64,000 nucleotides of DNA from Methanosarcinales archaeon (GTDB lineage: Archaea; Halobacteriota; Methanosarcinia; Methanosarcinales; Methanocomedenaceae). Position numbers and translations under genes: made by a program. Location of the stretch: assembly GCA_021108405.1 (NCBI GenBank), contig JAIOQW010000347.1, positions 18,486 to 82,485 of the forward strand, read 5' to 3'. The notes under the pieces were generated by a model. It ran no database searches. It had not been told where the DNA came from and worked only from the letters and a program-made list of their open reading frames with translations. Shown here piece by piece: positions 40,047 through 47,960 of this stretch. Position 1 is the stretch's first letter, and each line of letters begins with the position of its first letter.

Positions 40047-40211
40047 AAAGAACAAAATCCTTCCTTCGGTCGGATTTTCTTAACTGAAGCTTCGGAGAAG
40101 CTGAAGATTAGAAGATTCGTAGAATCTTCGTCCGACATTCCAGAGGAATGGAGGATTAGAAAATGCGAACGGAGTGAGCATTTTCAATATATCAAGTTAT
40201 ACTTGATATAC
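40047..40211 (-). repeat. Mosaic hairpin repeat, locus 11: M1-M2-M3-M4-M5b-M6, inverted; starts 13 nt after the kinase stop
   Basis: AAGAACAAAATCCTTCCTTCGGTCGGATTTTCTTAAC / TGAAGCTTCGGAGAAGCTGAAG / GAAGATTCGTAGAATCTTCG / ACATTCCAGAGGAATGGAGG / GAAAATGCGAACGGAGTGAGCATTTTC / ATATATCAAGTTATACTTGATATA. Confidence 0.9.
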
Positions 40212-40240
40212 TAAAACAAATCAAATGAGGGGGAAATCAT

Positions 40241-40459
40241 ATGGACTCATTCACAATAACCCAACCAAACGAGAAAACCACTCTTAAGTCAACATATATT
40301 AAGACAGTTGTAAGGACAGGTTCGAATTGCGAAATCTGCAAATTTCGGGATTATGCAAATAATAATCCAAATTCACCAATAAATAGAATATGGGAATGGC
40401 ACACAAAATGGTGTCCAGGATGGAGGGCCTATCAAAAGGAATTGGCTAAATGGAAATAA
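40241..40459 (+). CDS. Tiny Cys-rich protein (72 aa), possibly the 5' half of an interrupted 136-codon frame
   Basis: NCEICKF...WHTKWCPGWRAY (Zn-ribbon-like). RBS GAGGGGG. The TAA at 40457 is followed in frame by 63 sense codons encoding a TM helix. Confidence 0.45.
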   Translation: MDSFTITQPNEKTTLKSTYIKTVVRTGSNCEICKFRDYANNNPNSPINRIWEWHTKWCPGWRAYQKELAKWK

Positions 40460-40701
40460 TTAGATGCTTGGTTCAATCTGATAATAACAATCGGTATGGT
40501 ACTATCTGCCTTTATAACCATATTTGCATGTTCCTTCTATGGTAAACAGTGTATTTCGTATTTTACCAAGAAAAATTATACTTTAATATACCATAAAACA
40601 GGCATAACTATAAGCCAAGGACAAACATTAAGAAAGCTCAATAACTTTTAAGCGTAAATTAATCTGAACTTTCATAAAGTTGTGCTAATAGCTCTTAATT
40701 G

Positions 40702-40871
40702 TTTTAGTATATCAAGTATAACTTGATATATTGAAAATGCTCACTCCGTTCGCATTTTCTAATCCTCCATTCCTCTGGAATGTCGGACGAAGATTCTACG
40801 AATCTTCTAATCCTCCATTCCTCTGGAATGTCGGTCAAGAAAATCCGAGCGCTAGCGAGGATTTTATTCTT
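40702..40871 (+). repeat. Mosaic hairpin repeat, locus 12: M1-M2-M3-M4-M3-M6
   Basis: M3 occurs twice (40761-40786 and 40809-40834 approx.). M6 has the GCTA loop variant (CCGAGCGCTAGCGAGG). Confidence 0.9.
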
Positions 40872-40930
40872 AATAACTTAACGAAGTGGATAAAAAAAAG
40901 CAATTAAGCAGCTTTTTTTTGAAAGAAATT

Positions 40931-42151
40931 ATGGAAAGTTTAAATATGGAAAATTTTAAAAATCTTGGTATCAGTGTGCGCCTTCTAAAAACTATAAATG
41001 ATGAGAAATTCGATCATCCTACCGAAATACAGGAAAAATCGATTCCGTTAATCCTTGCGGGAGAAGATGTTATAGCCGGATCTGCCACTGGTTCAGGAAA
41101 AACTCTTGCATTTGCTTGTGGCATATTACAGACTGCTAAAAAAGGAAAAGGGATACAGGCTTTGGTCCTGACTCCTACAAGAGAATTGGCAGAGCAGGTC
41201 ACAAATGCTTTAAGGAAATTCTCAAAATTAATCCCTTTAAAAATTATGTCCGTCTATGGTGGTGTGGGGATCAATGAGCAGATCAGGGGTTTAAAGACAG
41301 CAGATGTGGTGGTAGGAACACCGGGCAGGATACTTGATCATATCGAAAGAAAGACCATTAACTTTAATGGGGTAGAAACACTGGTGCTTGATGAAGCAGA
41401 CCGGATGTTAGATATGGGATTTATGGACGATGTGACTAAAATTATTAATAGATGTCCCCAGAACCGGCAGACCCTTTTATTCTCTGCTACGATCTCAAGA
41501 GAAATTGTCAAACTTGGCAGAAAATTTATGGATGAACCGATCCATGTAAAAGTTAAATCTAATATCGATGCATCACAATTGGACCAGTGCGTTTATAGAG
41601 TTAAAGCGAATATGAAATTATCATTACTCCTGCATCTATTGAAAAATGAAAAATCAGATCTGTCAATGGTTTTCTGCAATACAAAGAGATATACCGATAC
41701 GGTCGCTAAGAACCTGAGATCATCAGGTATTAATGCCCAGGCTATTCATGGCGGACTAACCCAGAAAAAGCGGAACAATGTTATGAAGCGATTCCATACA
41801 GGGAAGGCTGGTGTTCTTGTATGCACAGATGTGGCTGCAAGGGGGCTTGATATCGATGGTGTTTCCCATGTTTACAATTATGATATTCCCAGGGAGAGTA
41901 AGCAGTATATCCACAGGATCGGAAGAACTGCAAGAGCTGGAAAAGAAGGGAAGGCAATTAATATTCTTTCTGACAAAGATAATGATAATTATAAAAATGT
42001 ATTGAAATTCAATGATGTTGAGATAAGGAAAGAAAAGTTACCTGCTATAGAAAAGATACAAATAAAACAGTCGGAGCAACTTGGAATTAAACCTAACAAT
42101 AAACGCATCTCCAGAAAAAGGACTAATTCTAACAGGCACAAGAATCGATAG
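40931..42151 (+). CDS. DEAD-box ATP-dependent RNA helicase
   Basis: Q motif F..LGIS...PTEIQ, AGSATGSGKT, PTRELA, VLDEADRM (DEAD), SAT, HRIGRTARAG. The start is ATG 40931 or 40946 rather than the GTG 40886 call. Confidence 0.9.
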   Translation: MESLNMENFKNLGISVRLLKTINDEKFDHPTEIQEKSIPLILAGEDVIAGSATGSGKTLAFACGILQTAKKGKGIQALVLTPTRELAEQVTNALRKFSKLIPLKIMSVYGGVGINEQIRGLKTADVVVGTPGRILDHIERKTINFNGVETLVLDEADRMLDMGFMDDVTKIINRCPQNRQTLLFSATISREIVKLGRKFMDEPIHVKVKSNIDASQLDQCVYRVKANMKLSLLLHLLKNEKSDLSMVFCNTKRYTDTVAKNLRSSGINAQAIHGGLTQKKRNNVMKRFHTGKAGVLVCTDVAARGLDIDGVSHVYNYDIPRESKQYIHRIGRTARAGKEGKAINILSDKDNDNYKNVLKFNDVEIRKEKLPAIEKIQIKQSEQLGIKPNNKRISRKRTNSNRHKNR

Positions 42152-42243
42152 TTTTTTTGTGGTATATAAAGTTAAAATTACTTCTCAAATCTTGACATAT
42201 TGAAATGCATTCATAAACTCCAGTATGTCGAGATAGAGATACT

Positions 42244-42416
42244 TTTTATAATATATCAAGTATAACTTGATATATCAAAAACGCTCACTCCGTTCACATT
42301 TTTTGATCCTCCATTCCTCTGGAATGTCGGACGAAGATTCTACGAATTTCCTAATCCACCATTCCTCCGGAATGTCGGTCAAGAAAATCCGAGCGTTAGC
42401 GAGGATTTTGTTCTTG
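42244..42416 (+). repeat. Mosaic hairpin repeat, locus 13: M1-M2-M3-M4-M3-M6
   Basis: Same module order as locus 12. M6 has the GTTA loop variant. Confidence 0.9.
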
Positions 42417-42453
42417 TATATAAGTATTAATAGTATAATATGAATGATAATAT

Positions 42454-42804
42454 ATGATAACTCAAAGAGATAATGCACTATTTGAGGCAGGCATCAAGCT
42501 GGGTGCTTTATATCACCAGTTTGTGGGGGCACCGATAAACCTGGATACGGTAGATAGTCTCGAGCAAGCTATTAGTAAAAGCATATCAGTCCAGCCGTAT
42601 GTAAAGGAGATCACTGTAAGGATCGATAGAGATATGATCGCACAAACGATAGGGGATGTATTCGGATATTGTGAATTGGAAGGGGTAATGCTAAACGTAG
42701 AAGCAAGTATTGTATTTAAGGGAGTAACTGCTGTGGTCGCTTTGAAATTCGATCCAGGACTAAACTACCCCCTTATGCGTATAATAAATGTCATTGAAGT
42801 ATAG
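42454..42804 (+). CDS. Archaeal-type dihydroneopterin aldolase-like protein (MptD/DUF381-like)
   Basis: 116 aa. RDNALFEAGIKLGALYHQFVGAPI matches my memory of the archaeal DHNA family. Not verified by search. Confidence 0.5.
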   Translation: MITQRDNALFEAGIKLGALYHQFVGAPINLDTVDSLEQAISKSISVQPYVKEITVRIDRDMIAQTIGDVFGYCELEGVMLNVEASIVFKGVTAVVALKFDPGLNYPLMRIINVIEV

Positions 42805-42866
42805 ATTTTGATAAAATTAAGATAATAATCTGGATAAAATTATATTGACATCGAGTGGAAGATCAT

Positions 42867-43631
42867 ATGATTGATATAGATCTATTGAAAATGATTTACT
42901 GCACGCCATTCCTTTTATATTCGTGTTATACTGATCTGCAGACCAGGAGAGTATCTAACCAGGTATGGAAAGTAATGTTGATCGGAGGAGGTTTATTTGC
43001 CGCCTATGATATTATTAACACAGGTATGCCTGCCCTTCTCGGACTGGTTCTCAGCGTAGGGATCATATTTATTTTTGTTTATATACTTTTTCAGTTCGGA
43101 GCCTTCGGAGGGGCAGATGCCAAATGCCTGATAGTATTGGCGATTATTATACCAGTCTATCCCCTAATAAAACTTTTTGGTGTGGAATATCCACTTACGG
43201 GAATTCCTTTGATCAACCTATTTGCTTTTACGGTATTTGGAAATGCTATCCTGCTGACTATTGTGGTACCTCTGGGCCTTTTTTTTAATAATCTAATTGC
43301 ACTTAAGCCTCGAGAGATATTAAAAAACCCTGCATATCTATTTGTAGGATATAAGACTGATATTTCAAAACTGCAGGGTAGACATATTAAATTGATACAC
43401 GAGCGCTTTTTAGTAGATGGTGTTTTACAGACCAGGTTCAAACGGGGGGGTGTGGATATCGAGGAAGACATAATAAAAGAACTTGAAACTTTTGCACATA
43501 ACGACCTGATGGATAGACATGTATGGGTCACGCCTGGTATGCCTTTTATAATCCCGATAACACTGGGTTTCTATACAGCAATAATCTTCGGTGATTTGAT
43601 ATTTTATCTTACCAGGCAGATAATAATGTAA
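42867..43631 (+). CDS. A24-family aspartic peptidase (archaeal prepilin/preflagellin peptidase-like)
   Basis: Polytopic membrane protein with YTDLQTRRVSN and FGAFGGADAKCLIVLA (two catalytic Asp motifs). Confidence 0.75.
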   Translation: MIDIDLLKMIYCTPFLLYSCYTDLQTRRVSNQVWKVMLIGGGLFAAYDIINTGMPALLGLVLSVGIIFIFVYILFQFGAFGGADAKCLIVLAIIIPVYPLIKLFGVEYPLTGIPLINLFAFTVFGNAILLTIVVPLGLFFNNLIALKPREILKNPAYLFVGYKTDISKLQGRHIKLIHERFLVDGVLQTRFKRGGVDIEEDIIKELETFAHNDLMDRHVWVTPGMPFIIPITLGFYTAIIFGDLIFYLTRQIIM

Positions 43632-43734
43632 TCCAATATGTGATCGGTTAAGTAATGAATCAGGATAATCTAATAATTTTTTTAATGAAATATCTTCAAC
43701 TACAATATTTAAATATTTTTAAATACTTTGCTTG

Positions 43735-43955
43735 TAGAATATCAAGTATAACTTGATATATCGAAAAAATGGAGGCGCTCACTTCGTTCACATTTTTTGA
43801 TCCTCCATTCCTCCGGAATGTCGGACGAAGATTCTACAAATCTTCTAATCCTCCATTCCTCCGGAATGTCGGACGAAGATTCTACAAATCTTCTAATCCT
43901 CCATTCCTCCGGAATGTCGGTCAAGAAAATCCGAGCGTTAGCGAGGATTTTGTTC
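43735..43955 (+). repeat. Mosaic hairpin repeat, locus 14: M1-M2-(M3-M4)x2-M3-M6
   Basis: Contains a perfect 48-bp tandem duplication, 43801-43848 = 43849-43896. Confidence 0.95.
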
Positions 43956-43991
43956 AAATACCAACATATTAGAATAAAGGAGTTATTGATT

Positions 43992-44546
43992 TTGCCAAGT
44001 CCGGTCGGGCATGTACTTTGTGGGATTTTAATTTATCTGATCATTAACAGATACAATAACAGATATAGCCTCAGTGTTTTGTCATTGTATATCTTCTTTT
44101 CAGTTCTTCCTGATATTGATTTTGCACCTGGATTTATAATACATGATCCTAGCTTTTTCCACCAGGGCTTAACCCATACTCTAGGAGCCGCTGCTATTGC
44201 AGGAACCATAGGAAGCTTGATACTAAGAAGAAAGGGTCAGTTTATTAATTGCTGTTTATTATTTACAGGAATTTATTACTTTCATGTGGTTCTGGATTAT
44301 ATAGCATCAGCATCTGATACAAGTTATCCATTCGGAGTGGCTCTATTCTGGCCTTTTAGCGTTGAGCATTATTCATTTCCTGTTATGATCTTTCTCGATA
44401 TATGGAGAGGTGAAACAAATACTACTTTCATATCAGGTCTTTTTAATTATCATAATTTACTGGCAATAATGATAGAATTGATGATCTTCTTGCCGCCAAT
44501 TATATTACTCTATTATTTTTCATTTCATAAGAAGCAAGCAGATTAA
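43992..44546 (+). CDS. DUF457/YdjM-like membrane-bound metal-dependent hydrolase
   Basis: Probable TTG start at 43992, 9 nt after AAGGAG, giving (M)PSPVGHVLCG..., the usual N-terminus of this family. The ORF-track start at 43797 reads through the repeat and is rejected. Confidence 0.6.
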   Translation: MPSPVGHVLCGILIYLIINRYNNRYSLSVLSLYIFFSVLPDIDFAPGFIIHDPSFFHQGLTHTLGAAAIAGTIGSLILRRKGQFINCCLLFTGIYYFHVVLDYIASASDTSYPFGVALFWPFSVEHYSFPVMIFLDIWRGETNTTFISGLFNYHNLLAIMIELMIFLPPIILLYYFSFHKKQAD

Positions 44547-44555
44547 TTGACAATT

Positions 44556-44933
44556 TCATAGACTGATGATCAGGTCGCCTTTACTCTGGTATTCAAGGAA
44601 TAGTTCTGCTACCACGTGGGATTCGATCATTTCTATCTCTGGTATTAATTCAGATTCTTTTAATCCGATAATATCAGCTGCAAGCTGACAGCATTTGAAT
44701 TTCACTCCTAATTTAATGCATTCTTTTACTTTTTTATCATATTCCGGGGCACCGCGGTGTTTTCCATCTTTTCCAAGTACTACACCCATAGGTCCCCATA
44801 ATATTACTATGACATCAAGTTCGTTTTTCCGGTAAAATTTTGCAAACCGCAAAGTCTCAAGCGGGCTTGTACTTTCATATACCATATTTTTTAATAATAA
44901 CAGTACTTTATTAACTTCAGACATTTTTCCCAC
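44556..44933 (-). CDS. DsrE/DsrF-like family protein
   Basis: 125 aa, alpha/beta pattern with LDVIVILWGPMGV and KFKCCQLAADIIG resembling DsrE-fold proteins. Weak call. Confidence 0.45.
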   Translation of the reverse strand: MGKMSEVNKVLLLLKNMVYESTSPLETLRFAKFYRKNELDVIVILWGPMGVVLGKDGKHRGAPEYDKKVKECIKLGVKFKCCQLAADIIGLKESELIPEIEMIESHVVAELFLEYQSKGDLIISL

Positions 44934-44976
44934 TAATATATTTATCTCTAACCTTAAAAAGAAAACGATTTAAATT

Positions 44977-45222
44977 TCATAAACCATTAGCATCTGCAAA
45001 TTTAATTAATGCCTCACCAAGTGCCCTGGTATATTTTGGATTCAAATTGAATCTGGCCTTTTTTTGTCCGCTGCGTTCCTTTGCGATTTCAACATACTCT
45101 TTATCATATCTCTCACTGGATGCAAGTGTTATGGTCATGTACCAACCGCTACTCATCTTCACTTCTAAATAATCTTTTGCATCTTCTTTTTCTGGTGTGT
45201 CTGTCATTTTATTTTTCCTCAT
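44977..45222 (-). CDS. Hypothetical protein, 81 aa
   Basis: Clean ORF with charged composition. No family recognised. Confidence 0.35.
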   Translation of the reverse strand: MRKNKMTDTPEKEDAKDYLEVKMSSGWYMTITLASSERYDKEYVEIAKERSGQKKARFNLNPKYTRALGEALIKFADANGL

Positions 45223-45247
45223 AGTGTGATTATGAATATTTTTTTGT

Positions 45248-45311
45248 AGTATATAATCTGTAAGATAATATACTTAAGAAAATCCGACCGAAGGGAGGAT
45301 TTTGTTCTTGA
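45248..45311 (+). repeat. Mosaic hairpin repeat, locus 15: degenerate M1 + M6
   Basis: TAGTATATAATCTGTAAGATAATATAC TTAAGAAAATCCGACCGAAGGGAGGATTTTGTTCTTGA. Confidence 0.85.
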
Positions 45312-45405
45312 AGGTCTTTATTCTATGTTATGCTTGATAAATACTTTTATAGAACAATGTTTTAATACAGTAAAGCATATTTACCAACCATACAGGTGAT
45401 CTAAG

Positions 45406-45759
45406 ATGTCAAAAAAATCGGGTGCAATGCGAGGAGTTAATCCCAAAGCAATGAACAAAATGATGAAGCAAATGGGGATAAACAGTGATGAGATTGACAA
45501 TGTAGAGCAGGTTATAATCAGGACTCAGGATACTGACATTATTTTCGATGATGCCAATGTGACCAAAGTAGAAGCTCCTGGTATGCTAACCTATCAGATA
45601 ATAGGTAATCCGCGGGAAGTTCCAAGAGAGATCCAAATATCGCAAGAGGATATAACCCTGGTTGCCGAGCAAACCGGAAAGTCCCAGGATGAAGCCAGAG
45701 CAGCTCTAAAGGAGACGGGTGGAGATTTGGCAGAAGCTATTTTAAAACTGGGAAGTTAA
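45406..45759 (+). CDS. nac: Nascent polypeptide-associated complex protein (NAC domain + UBA)
   Basis: 117 aa. MNKMMKQMGI..., VIIRT..., and the C-terminal UBA-like DEARAALKETGGDLAEAILKL. Confidence 0.9.
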   Translation: MSKKSGAMRGVNPKAMNKMMKQMGINSDEIDNVEQVIIRTQDTDIIFDDANVTKVEAPGMLTYQIIGNPREVPREIQISQEDITLVAEQTGKSQDEARAALKETGGDLAEAILKLGS

Positions 45760-45760
45760 T

Positions 45761-45865
45761 AAAAATGCTCACTTCGTTCGCATTTGCTTGAGATATTTTT
45801 TTATAGTATATCAAGTATAACTTGAGGTACTCAAGAAAATCCGACTGAAGGGAGGATTTTGTTCT
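45761..45865 (+). repeat. Mosaic hairpin repeat, locus 16: M2variant-M1-M6, starts 2 nt after the nac stop
   Basis: AAAAATGCTCACTTCGTTCGCATTTGCTTGAGATATTTTTTTATAG / TATATCAAGTATAACTTGAGGTAC / TCAAGAAAATCCGACTGAAGGGAGGATTTTGTTCT. Confidence 0.9.
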
Positions 45866-45945
45866 AAAATATATACAGGAATAAAATTCCCGTTAACCAG
45901 GTGGGAGAGGCATTAAACTTAAGCAAAATACTATTTATGAATATA

Positions 45946-47024
45946 ATGGCAGGAAAAAACGCAGCATTACAATAATTCTTTTACTAATTATAGCCATTAT
46001 TACCACAACCCAAATAGCACAAGTATCAGCAAATACAAATTCCATACCCCCCAATAAATGGACATTTAATGATGACTATTTCACTATCTACGGCAGTCCT
46101 GAGATTGTAGTAAGCACAATAGGCAACCCGGAATATAACAAGGATGAATCATCCCCGATCCTTATTAAGATCATGAACCAGGGTAAGGTACTGGGATTTG
46201 AATCAGATGATAAACCAGAAGATGCAAACGAGATAGCTCTATCAAAAATAGAACTGCAGCAGGAATATGGAGTAACTACAGCTTTAGGCGTAATTGCATC
46301 TGTTTCACCAATGGATGCTCCGTTAGACATTAAAACTTCGCCCCAGAGCGCAGGTACTATCATCTCAGGCCAGGTATCAGACCCGCTGCAGTTTGATATA
46401 GAGGTATGGGACAATGCAAAGGCAGGGACATACCAGCTATTAGTCAATCTTACATACCAGTATCAGGAAGATGTACAGGTAGAAGGTAATGCTACTACGA
46501 ACGAGATCGATTCTAATATATTGTATAAAGAGGTCAATGAGACTCATATAATTACTATTATAGTCAATAAACAGGCCGATTTTAAAGCTCTTAGTGTAGA
46601 AAGTGATCTACTGCCTGATACATCAGGTATCCTCAGTATCACATTCAAGAACACTGGTGAAGAAAAAGCTACCAGGGCTAGTGCCAGACTGAGGTTATCA
46701 GATCCCTTTAGCAGTACCGATTTTACGGCATATCTGGGAGATATGGAACAGGAGGACGTAGTTCAGGCAAAGTTTGATATTGATGTAGACAAAGATGCTA
46801 CTCTCAAGGTTTATTCGGTCACGGTCGAGATAGAATATGAAGACATGGAAGGTGAAACAAAGATCTCTGATTCTATCTATGTGCCAGTAGAGGTTAAAGA
46901 GACGAAGAAAGAAGCAGGATTATTTCAAAACCCGATACTTATTATCGGAATCGTACTGATACTGGCAGTTTTATTATTTTTCTTTACAAAGAGGCGTAAA
47001 GGTGACAGAGGCACTGATAAATGA
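45946..47024 (+). CDS. COG1361/CARDB-like surface protein with C-terminal TM anchor; 5' end needs a -1 shift at 45954-45960
   Basis: The frame of ORF 46173-47024 is open back to 45897. It encodes a signal peptide (RKKRSITIILLLIIAIITTTQIAQVSA) but has no ATG/GTG/TTG. ATG 45946 is in the +1 neighbouring frame and stops after 9 codons. A6 tract at 45954-45959. Confidence 0.55.
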
Positions 47025-47958
47025 TGCCATAATCTCTATTGATAAAGTGGTCAAACGGTACAATGGTTTTACGGCAGTGGACGAAATTTCTTTCAACATC
47101 AAGAAAGGTGAGATATTCGGACTTCTCGGTCCTAATGGTGCCGGCAAATCCACCCTGATCTCTATTTTGTGTTGCCTGTTTACACAGGACTCTGGCAAGA
47201 TCACTATTGACGGATTCGATAATATTAAGGACTCTATCAGGATTAAAAATGTGATAGGTGTAGTACCCCAGGAGATCAGTCTTTATCCTACACTGAGTGC
47301 CAGGGAGAACCTGGCATTCTATGGCAAAATATATGGTCTTTCAAAAAAGGCACTGCATAGCAGGATAGAAATACTGCTGGATATGGCGGGTCTAACTGAG
47401 CGGGCTGATGATATGATCCAGGGTTTTTCAGGTGGTATGAAGCGAAGGATCAATATTGCTGCAGCACTGCTGCACGACCCCAAGATACTGTTTATGGATG
47501 AACCTACAACCGGAGTTGATCCACAGAGCCGTAAGCGGATATATGATACCATTGTAGATCTCAATAAACAGGGAATGAGTGTACTTTTCACCACACACCA
47601 GATGGAAGATGCACAAAAACTGTGCCACCGGATCGGAATTGTGGATAAAGGGCAGCTTATTGCCCTGGATACACTTACAGGACTGCTTGAGCTAACAGGA
47701 GAAAGTGATCTTATCCATGTTGAGGCTAAAGATATCCCCCCGAATGCTGTGGAATCTATCAGGAAGATAGAAACTGTCCAGCAGGTATCCATAGACGAGG
47801 ATAGTATGACCGTTCAACTATTAAAGGGGAGGGAACTACTTGTCAATATAATTGATATCCTGATATCAGAAGGGGCTAAAGTGGAATTTATTAATATCAA
47901 AGAACCAGATCTTGAGACACTATTTTTACATTTGACAGGTACTAAATTAAGGGGCTAG
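47002..47958 (+). CDS. ABC transporter ATP-binding protein (ABC-2 type)
   Basis: GPNGAGKST, LSGGMKRR-like FSGGMKRR, ILFMDEPTTGVD. Overlaps the upstream surface-protein gene by 23 nt. Confidence 0.9.
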   Translation: MTEALINDAIISIDKVVKRYNGFTAVDEISFNIKKGEIFGLLGPNGAGKSTLISILCCLFTQDSGKITIDGFDNIKDSIRIKNVIGVVPQEISLYPTLSARENLAFYGKIYGLSKKALHSRIEILLDMAGLTERADDMIQGFSGGMKRRINIAAALLHDPKILFMDEPTTGVDPQSRKRIYDTIVDLNKQGMSVLFTTHQMEDAQKLCHRIGIVDKGQLIALDTLTGLLELTGESDLIHVEAKDIPPNAVESIRKIETVQQVSIDEDSMTVQLLKGRELLVNIIDILISEGAKVEFINIKEPDLETLFLHLTGTKLRG

Positions 47959-47960
47959 AA

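Noticed and set aside
40702-43955. Possibility that the recurring short repeats are a CRISPR array
   Set aside because: There is no constant repeat separated by unique spacers of uniform length. The units are heterogeneous modules directly abutting each other and scattered over 57 kb, with genes in between and no cas genes.
43742-43991. ORFs reading through the mosaic repeats: 43742-43957, 43769-43972, the N-terminal extension of 43797-44546, 42275-42478, 55693-55878, 57663-57959, 26582-26800
   Set aside because: Their peptide repeats (ILHSSGMSDEDSTNLL and similar) are just translations of hairpin modules that occur in both orientations and in all frames at other loci. They have no consistent frame, start or RBS.
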